A DNA stretch of 17,545 nucleotides. Source: an uncultured archaeon. GTDB taxonomy: Archaea; Asgardarchaeota; Thorarchaeia; Thorarchaeales; Thorarchaeaceae. The notes under the pieces were generated by a model, which did no database searches, had not been told where the DNA came from, and was given only the letters and a program-made list of their open reading frames with translations. Positions 9,131 through 16,205 of this stretch are shown here, one piece after another (the first letter of the stretch is position 1; the number at the start of each line of letters is the position of its first letter). Where the stretch lies: NCBI GenBank assembly GCA_964590575.1, contig CAZPWM010000065.1, forward strand, positions 1 to 17,545, read 5' to 3'. Both the position numbers and the translations under genes were made by a program.

Positions 9131-9294
9131 TAGTTATACGCGAACGGGGCGCGTGAAGGCTTCTACATAAATCAATCGATTATGACCTTGCCTCATAAAA
9201 CCTATAGAATAGTCAGTTCTATCCATACTACAATATAATTGTAAGACAAACAGTCATTAGCCAAGTCAGTTATCAAAAATCCGGGCAAGAAACC

Positions 9295-9936
9295 ATGCCA
9301 ACATTCGAACAGGAATGGATATCGCCAATCCTTGAAGTCTACAAGAAGCGCAAAATAACTGAGAGCTATTCAGTCATTCTAGGACTCAATCCGGTCGGTC
9401 AATCTCTCTGTCGAAAAATGTATGAGAACAACGAGTTCGAAACAGTTCTTCTGTTCAACTCCCCAGCATTTTCAACATGGAACAGGTATCCTGTCGATCT
9501 AAAACCACCGGTTGTTCCAGTGCATGGAATGATTGCAGAAGACCTAATGATTATCTTTGGAGATGTCATGATCAAGGAATATGAGTGGATGACAGACTTA
9601 CTATTCTACCTCAGAGGAAATATCCCAACGAGGTTCGTTATCTCTGTAATGACCCATGATGGGCTAACATGCGGCCAAGTATTGTCGAAAAAAGGAGATA
9701 GGCTATTGAACCGAATGGAAGTTCCTCTAGGCCGATCTGATTTCTATGATGGTGTCACAGCGTCACTCATCAGTGCAGGAAGTGCTGCAGGCTTGGATCC
9801 AGTTATCCTATTCCTGGAGGAATCTAGGGACAAGGAGGTTATCCTTCAAGTTGATGAGATTACTGTCACTCAAGCAGACGTGGATGAAGCATATATGCTT
9901 CTCAAAAAAGGACTAGATTTTCAATTTGTTCCTTAG
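9295..9936 (+). CDS. Divergent PAC2-family (proteasome assembly chaperone/PbaA-B-like) protein
   Basis: Order of motifs ILGLNPVG...FNSPAF...PPVVPV...DLMIIFGD...YEW...RFVISV...DGVTASLI resembles PAC2 proteins, by recollection only and not by search. Confidence 0.6.
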   Translation: MPTFEQEWISPILEVYKKRKITESYSVILGLNPVGQSLCRKMYENNEFETVLLFNSPAFSTWNRYPVDLKPPVVPVHGMIAEDLMIIFGDVMIKEYEWMTDLLFYLRGNIPTRFVISVMTHDGLTCGQVLSKKGDRLLNRMEVPLGRSDFYDGVTASLISAGSAAGLDPVILFLEESRDKEVILQVDEITVTQADVDEAYMLLKKGLDFQFVP

Positions 9937-10658
9937 TCATCGTGCTCTTCTGAGAAAGTTCTTCCATAACCAGATCGGTTTCTTCCTGCTAATTGATCGA
10001 ACCTTTGGTGAATGTCACTCCGTGAGATACTGTTATCACAATCAATGCACATGAGTGCTCTTGTTTCTTTGACATTTACTATGTCACCGCATGAGATACA
10101 TGACCAGAGTCCACCTTGGAGTAGCTTGGTTTTTCTGAAGACTGCCTTTGCTATGTCTCGAAGAGAAGCGGGACAGTCATTAGCTACTCCTACAACTCCT
10201 TTTTCAGACCAATCACAAAGAACAGACACCAAAGTTGTCATCAATTCGATTATCCGAGTTGTCCGGTCTTCAATCTCAGTAGATGATTCTGATCTGGTGT
10301 CCCTAGGAGCATCTGGAATTCTTGACAACATTTCAATGAAAGCAAAGAACGCTGGTGCGGGCAATTTCTCCTTCCCGCGAGCTTCAAGCATTTGACCCAA
10401 AACCGCAGATATCATCAGTGTCTGAGTATAATCCTCACGAAGAATTTTCTCAGTTTCTTGAACTATTTTATTGGCATTGATTTGGTACTTTGTTCCGTCG
10501 AGCCCATTCTCTTCTGCAATCTTTCTGACAGACTCAAGAAGACCCATTCCTTTTACCATCATTCTATTGACCTTTTTTGCAATGGTTTGGTAGGGAATTC
10601 CAACATCATTAGCAAGGTGTTGCAATAAATCTCTAGCAGTCAGACTCAACCGTAGCAC
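9933..10658 (-). CDS. Hypothetical helical protein with a C-terminal zinc ribbon
   Basis: 241-aa ORF with CISC-x12-CIDC. Its stop overlaps the stop of the convergent gene. Confidence 0.75.
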   Translation of the reverse strand: MLRLSLTARDLLQHLANDVGIPYQTIAKKVNRMMVKGMGLLESVRKIAEENGLDGTKYQINANKIVQETEKILREDYTQTLMISAVLGQMLEARGKEKLPAPAFFAFIEMLSRIPDAPRDTRSESSTEIEDRTTRIIELMTTLVSVLCDWSEKGVVGVANDCPASLRDIAKAVFRKTKLLQGGLWSCISCGDIVNVKETRALMCIDCDNSISRSDIHQRFDQLAGRNRSGYGRTFSEEHDD

Positions 10659-10785
10659 GTACCTGTAGTGGCATGATTCAATGACATGACAACCATTTTA
10701 GGTTACCGTAGAACTTTGATATTCAGAAATTGATTGGGAACAAATCTCATAAGGAGAAACTTGCCGCCAGAAACGGCGGTCTACC

Positions 10786-11772
10786 ATGAAAGATTATGAT
10801 GTCGTCCTAGCAAGTGGAGCAGAACACTTGAAGGAGAGCTTTCAAGAAGAAGGGTTTCGCGTGTTCACATCTTCTTTGAACTATGATAGAAGAAGACTCT
10901 TCCCAAATGCAGACATATACGCTAAGCTTGAAGATGTTTCTGAATTAGCAAACAGGCGAGTGGCCATCATTCAGAGTTGCTCTGGATCAGGTCCTGCAGA
11001 AAACGAGCAATATACGACATCAGACCGAGTGGTCGAACTCCTTCTTCTACTAGATCTTCTCTCAAGACCCGTTGCTGTTCGAGAAACGAGACACAAATGC
11101 TATGAGAGTAAACCAATCGCGCCTCCCTCTAGCGTTGAGGTGGTTCTAACTTTTCAGCCATTCGCGTTGCAGGATAAATCTTTCAGGACTGGAGAAGCCG
11201 TATCAGGAAGATGGGCTATTGAAACCATAGTAAAAGCATGTAACAAGGTCTGGGTTGTAAATCCACACGCTCCAGATAGTCTCGAATGGGTGCAAGAATT
11301 ACGTGATAAGAACCTCTACGAAACAATAGATGTAATCCCGGACCTGGTCGATTTTGCTAAGAAGCAGTTTGGCTTTGGTGATTGCATTCTCGTCACTCCC
11401 GATGAAGGAGCTCAGGAGAGATACAAAATAAAGGGCTTTGGAAAGAACAGAGAGAACTCATTCAAAGTTGACCTTCATGGAAAAATCGGCGTTGAGGGCA
11501 GAGAGGTCATTCTAATAGACGACCTAACGAAAAGTGGCAGTACTCTCTTGAAGGCTGCTGATAGGCTAAGAAATCAAGGAGCATCTGATGTCGGAATGGT
11601 AGTTGCTCATGTACTCCCATTGATAGAGAGAGGAGAAGAACTTCTTGAAGAACTTCTCGAGAAAGCTCGTGGCATGATTGTGACAACAAACACCATTCAT
11701 ACTGAAATATTTGGCGAACAGAACCCACAGCTAACCTATAACATAGTTCAGACGTTAGTCAAGAATCTATAG
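10786..11772 (+). CDS. Divergent ribose-phosphate pyrophosphokinase-like protein (type I PRTase fold)
   Basis: FPNAD, IIQS, PFALQDK, GEAVS, NPH, TPDEG and the PRPP-binding loop VILIDDLTKSGST follow the Prs layout with substitutions. Confidence 0.8.
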   Translation: MKDYDVVLASGAEHLKESFQEEGFRVFTSSLNYDRRRLFPNADIYAKLEDVSELANRRVAIIQSCSGSGPAENEQYTTSDRVVELLLLLDLLSRPVAVRETRHKCYESKPIAPPSSVEVVLTFQPFALQDKSFRTGEAVSGRWAIETIVKACNKVWVVNPHAPDSLEWVQELRDKNLYETIDVIPDLVDFAKKQFGFGDCILVTPDEGAQERYKIKGFGKNRENSFKVDLHGKIGVEGREVILIDDLTKSGSTLLKAADRLRNQGASDVGMVVAHVLPLIERGEELLEELLEKARGMIVTTNTIHTEIFGEQNPQLTYNIVQTLVKNL

Positions 11773-11787
11773 TGGGTTATTGAAAAT

Positions 11788-12021
11788 TTAGTCAACGTAC
11801 TCCTCGGCTTTGCCTTTCGCGGTCCATGCCTTAGCACTAAGCTTCTCAACAAGATTTCTCTTTTCGAGGTCAAGAAGAGCTTGTATAACATCGTTCTGAT
11901 CACAGGCGATATTTCGCTTTCTCAAGATAGAAGATATGGCACTTGGTCTACGGGAATCTGCTAAGATTAGTCCCAAGATTTTTCGTTGAAGCTCGGTGAT
12001 TTCCTCACTCATTGTAACCAT
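11788..12021 (-). CDS. Small winged-helix protein (~77 aa)
   Basis: GGAG RBS before ATG 12021 (alternative 12012). ITELQRKILGLI...PSAISSIL...VIQALLDLEKRNLVEK...W is a typical wHTH pattern. Confidence 0.75.
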   Translation of the reverse strand: MVTMSEEITELQRKILGLILADSRRPSAISSILRKRNIACDQNDVIQALLDLEKRNLVEKLSAKAWTAKGKAEEYVD

Positions 12022-12121
12022 GCAATTCGCTCCTGTAGGGTTCTTAAGCCTATCTCTAACTCTATGTGCTTTGTGTCGAAACCCTTTTGTTGTGAAGGTC
12101 AAGTGTGCCATAAGATTGCAG

Positions 12122-12865
12122 ATGACAGATAACAGAGAGTATCACATTGGAATCGCACCTGGAGAAATTCCTGAACTTGTATTATTACCAGGTGACCCTG
12201 ATCGTGCCCGTGATATTGCCATGAAATTCTTCGAAGACCCCGAAGAAATCGCTAAGAAAAGGGAATATTGGAGTTTCAAAGGAAAATGGAAAGGTGCACC
12301 TGTTGCTGTATGTTCGACAGGTATAGGTTGTCCATCAGCCGCCATAGCTATAGAAGAGCTTGTGAAGGTAGGCTGTAAACTTTTCATCCGTGTTGGTACA
12401 TCTGGTGCGATTAGCCGTTCTGTCAATACTGGTGACTTGGTCATTTTCACAGGTTCTGTTAGAGACGACGGAACTTCACGACAATATGTTCCAATCCAGT
12501 TTCCAGCCGTAGCAAATCCAGAAGTGGTGGTAGCACTAACAAGGGCGGCTCAAAGCTGTGGTGTAAAATACCATGTCGGAATTGGACACAGCAAAGATGC
12601 ATTCTATAGTGAACATCCAAATTATGTTTCAGACCCAGAGGGAACCCGGAGAAAATGGGAGATGATGAGAAATTCTGGAGTCTTGGCAACAGAGATGGAA
12701 GCATCTGCACTTTTTGTCATAGGACATCTACGAGGTGTCAAGGTGGGTGCTGTTTGTGTTGTCATAGGGGAAAATGTGGAGAAGGAAGCAAAAATAGTAG
12801 GGAAACCCCCCATCGATGATATGATATCAGTGGCACTAGATGCGATAACCTCATTTAAAGGATGA
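12122..12865 (+). CDS. udp: Nucleoside phosphorylase, NP-I hexameric (uridine phosphorylase-like)
   Basis: YHI, LPGDPDRA, REY, STGIGCPSAAIAIEEL, IRVGTSG, DAFY, EMEASALF. Start moved to ATG 12122. Substrate specificity is uncertain. Confidence 0.85.
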   Translation: MTDNREYHIGIAPGEIPELVLLPGDPDRARDIAMKFFEDPEEIAKKREYWSFKGKWKGAPVAVCSTGIGCPSAAIAIEELVKVGCKLFIRVGTSGAISRSVNTGDLVIFTGSVRDDGTSRQYVPIQFPAVANPEVVVALTRAAQSCGVKYHVGIGHSKDAFYSEHPNYVSDPEGTRRKWEMMRNSGVLATEMEASALFVIGHLRGVKVGAVCVVIGENVEKEAKIVGKPPIDDMISVALDAITSFKG

Positions 12866-12874
12866 AGGAACTTC

Positions 12875-13672
12875 TTAAATTCCACCAAACCAGATTTTCT
12901 TCTGAACGGCCATATGGAGATCCTCAGCTGTTCTCCTATCTATGCCGGTAATTGTCGATAACTGCTCGGGACTGGTTGCTACCAAATCCGTTGTTGTAGC
13001 AATTCCAGCATTAAATATCAGGTTAATGGTGGGTTCAGGTGTTCCTAATTCAGTTAAGAGACCTCTGAGATCAGCCATTGTGTCAGCACTTGCTTTTGGT
13101 GGTACGACTTCAGGCATCTCATACTCAATCGGGTCTTCTGAATCAATTTCAAGGAGTTCTGAAGATTCAGTTTCGGTTGTTACAATTGGTTTAGCAGATT
13201 TCTTCAACTCACGAAGTTCCGTAGTTTCACTGGGTGCACCATGTTTTGCGATGAATGAAGGTCGTAGAAAAATAATACCAATCAAGATACAAAGAACCAA
13301 GATTGGAATTAGAATAACATTGCTGATGTCAACTCCAATAATGGTACCTGAGGGTCCTGGACCTATCAGCCCGTCATAAATTCCCTCCAAGAATAGAACT
13401 GTCCATGAATCGCCGGAGAGATCTGTAAAGAGAATTATCCAAAGAGGTGAGAAGAAACCAAAACCACCAGCCTCATAAATCAGGAATTCACGTATTGCAT
13501 CCTTGTTGGCGACGTAAGCCAGGATCGGGGGTATGAGTCCAATCCCTATAGACACAAAGAACCAGACCACATAGACGTCCCATGGTAGGGTTAGTATCCT
13601 GATGATTGCAGCACCGAGAAATATCATAAATGGAAGTATTGCTCCTAGAATAATACCAAATGCATATCTCAT
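12875..13672 (-). CDS. Membrane protein (~4 TM) with an acidic linker and a C-terminal helix-hairpin-helix domain (HHH_5/RadA-N/NusA-AR-like)
   Basis: Hydrophobic segments at aa ~3-27, 33-55, 63-82 and 118-136. C-terminus has AGIATTTDLVATSPEQLSTITGIDRRTAEDL. Strong GAGGTGAG RBS at 13688-13681. Confidence 0.85.
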   Translation of the reverse strand: MRYAFGIILGAILPFMIFLGAAIIRILTLPWDVYVVWFFVSIGIGLIPPILAYVANKDAIREFLIYEAGGFGFFSPLWIILFTDLSGDSWTVLFLEGIYDGLIGPGPSGTIIGVDISNVILIPILVLCILIGIIFLRPSFIAKHGAPSETTELRELKKSAKPIVTTETESSELLEIDSEDPIEYEMPEVVPPKASADTMADLRGLLTELGTPEPTINLIFNAGIATTTDLVATSPEQLSTITGIDRRTAEDLHMAVQKKIWFGGI

Positions 13673-13861
13673 ATCTCAAACTCACCTCAGTGGTCTTTGG
13701 GTATCTCAACAGTGTGAGAGAATCTTTTAGGTGTTTGTAGGATTTAATCGCTGAATCAATAGTAGTTACTTAGAGAATTGCAGTGAGCAATTCAAACCGG
13801 AAAGAACACTCATCATTGATGTAGAATGCGCAAATGGATTAAAATGAGGTGAAGCGCGCTA

Positions 13862-13910
13862 TAGAAACGGTTTCTAAGCTAAGTCTTATAAGGGTCTAGA
13901 GGCACTTCTA
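13862..13910 (+). promoter_or_regulatory. Putative histone promoter: TATA box TTATAA (13886-13891) flanked by inverted repeats
   Basis: TAGAAAC-G-GTTTCTA (13862-13876, perfect 7-bp arms) and TAGA-N6-TCTA (13897-13910). GGAGG RBS at 13923-13927. Confidence 0.55.
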
Positions 13911-13937
13911 AAGCACCCTTTTGGAGGAGTATAAAAA

Positions 13938-14108
13938 ATGACTTTCATTGTAAAGAAGGCAGTGCAAGACTATGCAAAGAAGAAGAACGTCCAAGTAAGT
14001 GGAGACTTCTACAACGCACTTGACAAGCAAATCGAAATGCTTCTTGATAAAGCTGCCAAAAGGACAGCCGATAACAAACGTAAGACGCTCAAAGCTTACG
14101 ACCTGTAA
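13938..14108 (+). CDS. Minimal histone-fold protein with truncated alpha3 (face-to-face/HTkC-like, DUF1931-related), 56 aa; missing from the ORF track
   Basis: Hand translation: MTFIVKKAVQDYAKKKNVQVSGDFYNALDKQIEMLLDKAAKRTADNKRKTLKAYDL*. It has the VS..F...L and A..R....RKTL...DL histone signature, a GGAGG RBS, a TATA box and a terminator. Confidence 0.93.
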   Translation: MTFIVKKAVQDYAKKKNVQVSGDFYNALDKQIEMLLDKAAKRTADNKRKTLKAYDL

Positions 14109-14129
14109 TCGAGTCTGATGATGCCGGGA

Positions 14130-14166
14130 GTGGGAGCACAGGAAAAGTGCTTCCACAATCTTTTTT
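14130..14166 (+). terminator. Hairpin plus T-tract terminator after the histone gene
   Basis: GTGGGAGCAC (14130-14139), loop AGGAAAA, GTGCTTCCAC (14147-14156); 10 bp with one G-U. TTTTTT at 14161-14166. Confidence 0.75.
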
Positions 14167-14239
14167 CTAACTCCAAACACCATTCTTATCAAGAAGTGAA
14201 AATGTAACCAAGTGCTGGAATTTTTAGGAGCTATACTAA

Positions 14240-15019
14240 GTGTATAAGATTTGTCTTACTAATGATGATGGGCCTCGTAGTGAGGGGATGCTAAACCTCG
14301 CAGAATTTCTGAGAAAAGAAGTAGAGCTGATTGTAGTAGTACCAGATGCACAGCGCAGTGCTACAGGAAAATCGTTGACTCTGACGAGACCAATAAGAAT
14401 TACTGAGAAACATGAGAAGTATGGATACCAGTTCGTATCTCACGATGGTGCACCTGCAGACTCTGTAATCCTTGCTCAAGCTTTCTATGAGGATATCGAT
14501 CTGGTGATATCAGGAATCAACTCAGGAGCCAATGTTGGGTATCAGAGTATGCTTACAAGCGGAACCGTAGGTGCTGCATTTGAAGCTGCAATCAGAGGTT
14601 TACCCGCAATCGCTGTATCTCGCCAAGCATCACCAAGTGATTGGTTTGGAGCTACGGGTTCAAACGGTGATTGTGAAAAAGCGTGTAGAATCACAAAGGA
14701 CCTTGTAATGAAAGTCCTTGAGAGAGGTATGCCTCAAGGGATAGATATGCTGAATTTAAACTTCCCACGTAATATCACAGAGAAATCAGAAGTGATAGTT
14801 ACAATACCAACGAAAGTCCGAATGCACAATGAGGTTGAACAACGTACAGATCCGAATGGTCGTCCCTATTACTGGTATCTGGGAATCGAGAGAGACCCTC
14901 AACCAAAGACAGACGCCTATGAAGTGTTTGTAAACGGGAACATTTCTCTCTCACCTGTTATACTTAATTGGATAGGTGAGAAGGAAGTCAAAATACTCGA
15001 AGAGTTCATGAAAGATTGA
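14240..15019 (+). CDS. surE: 5'/3'-nucleotidase SurE
   Basis: LTNDDG, QRSATGKSLT, GAPAD, VISGINSGAN, SGTVGAA, LNLNFP, DPNGRPYYW, ISLSP. GTG start with a GGAG RBS. Confidence 0.95.
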   Translation: MYKICLTNDDGPRSEGMLNLAEFLRKEVELIVVVPDAQRSATGKSLTLTRPIRITEKHEKYGYQFVSHDGAPADSVILAQAFYEDIDLVISGINSGANVGYQSMLTSGTVGAAFEAAIRGLPAIAVSRQASPSDWFGATGSNGDCEKACRITKDLVMKVLERGMPQGIDMLNLNFPRNITEKSEVIVTIPTKVRMHNEVEQRTDPNGRPYYWYLGIERDPQPKTDAYEVFVNGNISLSPVILNWIGEKEVKILEEFMKD

Positions 15020-16016
15020 TTTTCTTCAAAGCATCCCACAAAGCATCTACTGTCGGTCGCCGAAGAGAGAGTCCATCGGAATCAGTTATCATTATTCTGT
15101 GGTTAGGATTCTCTACAATCGTACCAATAACACTCGCAGAAACACCTCTCGATTGGATGGTGTTCACTACTTCAGTAGTGTTTTCTTCATTGCAGCAGAT
15201 AATCATGCAACCACTACTGATCAACTCCATTGGATTGATATCTAGTGCATCGCAGATTGTTTTTGTAATATCATAAATGGGAATTGCATCCTTGTAAATC
15301 TCAAATCCAACGTTACTAGCATCACATATCTCATGCAATCCCCCAGATAATCCTCCTTCAGTAGGATCATGCATTGCAGTCACAAAACCAGTCTTGTATG
15401 CAGCAACTCCTTCAGCAACTACACTAATCTCTGCTCGCAAAGCCATTGCTTTCGCAACAACTTCAAATCCAACCTTAGGAATAAGATAGTCTTTACCTTC
15501 GGTGGCAAGTATTGCTGTACCCTCAAGCGCTATTGATTTTGTCAGTATGATTGAATCTCCAGGTCGTGTACCACTCGAAGTAACGTATTCCCCTTGTTCA
15601 GCTATTCCAATCATGAACCCTGCAATTATAGGACGATTTATTCCCTTTGTCACCTCGGAGTGGCCTCCTGCAACAGCAATGCCAAGGATTTGCGCAGCAT
15701 CATCAATTTGTTTCATGATATGTCCTAGCTCTTCAGGAGTGGTTTTTTCGGGTAATATTATCGAAACCAGGAACCATCGCGGCTGAACTCCAAACGTCGC
15801 GATATCATTTGCATTGACATGAACTGCAAGCCAACCAACATCTGCGACAGATCCTGTTATGGGATCGGTTGCTGTTATGATGACCTTGTTACCAACACGT
15901 ATTACTGAAGCATCTTCGCCTATACTAGGACCAAGCAGGATGTCAGGGTCTTTCGTTCCCAGATTTGCAAACACTATCTTCTGAAGGATTTCGGGGGGTA
16001 CTTTGCCTGAGAGCAT
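15006..16016 (-). CDS. AIR synthase (PurM/HypE/ThiL/SelD superfamily) related protein of unknown substrate
   Basis: GKV, GPSIGEDASV, ATDPITG, VNANDIA, GGHSE, AMHDPTEGG, LISSG. GAGGTGA RBS (16031-16025) places the start at ATG 16016 rather than 16082. Confidence 0.9.
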   Translation of the reverse strand: MLSGKVPPEILQKIVFANLGTKDPDILLGPSIGEDASVIRVGNKVIITATDPITGSVADVGWLAVHVNANDIATFGVQPRWFLVSIILPEKTTPEELGHIMKQIDDAAQILGIAVAGGHSEVTKGINRPIIAGFMIGIAEQGEYVTSSGTRPGDSIILTKSIALEGTAILATEGKDYLIPKVGFEVVAKAMALRAEISVVAEGVAAYKTGFVTAMHDPTEGGLSGGLHEICDASNVGFEIYKDAIPIYDITKTICDALDINPMELISSGCMIICCNEENTTEVVNTIQSRGVSASVIGTIVENPNHRIMITDSDGLSLRRPTVDALWDALKKINLS

Positions 16017-16019
16017 GCC

Positions 16020-16150
16020 AACCATCACCTCAATGGTAGGTGCGCACAGCTCCTGTGCCTGATGCATGAAAAGCAGATTCATAGTAACCCAATACTGGGC
16101 GCTCCTCGCTCACTATGACACCAGGTATTTTTCGGATCTTGTGCGCATAT
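16020..16150 (-). ncRNA. Candidate structured cis-regulatory RNA in the 5' leader of the AIR-synthase-family gene
   Basis: Nested stems of 8, 7, 9 and 4 bp, with G-U pairs valid only on the minus strand. Alternative hairpins overlap the RBS. Confidence 0.5.
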
Positions 16151-16205
16151 CAGAAAACGAGTGTGTACTAATAACATAATCGAGAGAGGCAGCTTCGTTG
16201 TGCAA

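Noticed and set aside
9138-9154. ACGCG-N7-CGCGT inverted repeat upstream of gdhA
   Set aside because: The arms are only 5 bp and cannot be distinguished from chance without comparative data.
14115-14156. Box C-like TGATGA and a stem-loop after the histone gene (C/D sRNA or metazoan histone stem-loop)
   Set aside because: No downstream box D (CTGA) nearby. The stem and loop do not match the 6-bp/4-nt SLBP-binding consensus.
13908-14192. 94-aa minus-strand ORF from the track
   Set aside because: It is the antisense shadow of the histone gene, which has the RBS, promoter, terminator and family signature.
15006-16016. Calling the gene selD, hypE or thiL
   Set aside because: It lacks the N-terminal Cys/Sec-x-x-Lys of SelD and the C-terminal PRIC of HypE. 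There is no specific evidence for ThiL.
16090-16126. CCTGGTGTCATAG.. resembles a 5S rRNA 5' end
   Set aside because: No CCGAAC loop C and no 5S helix pattern; the local pairing is different.
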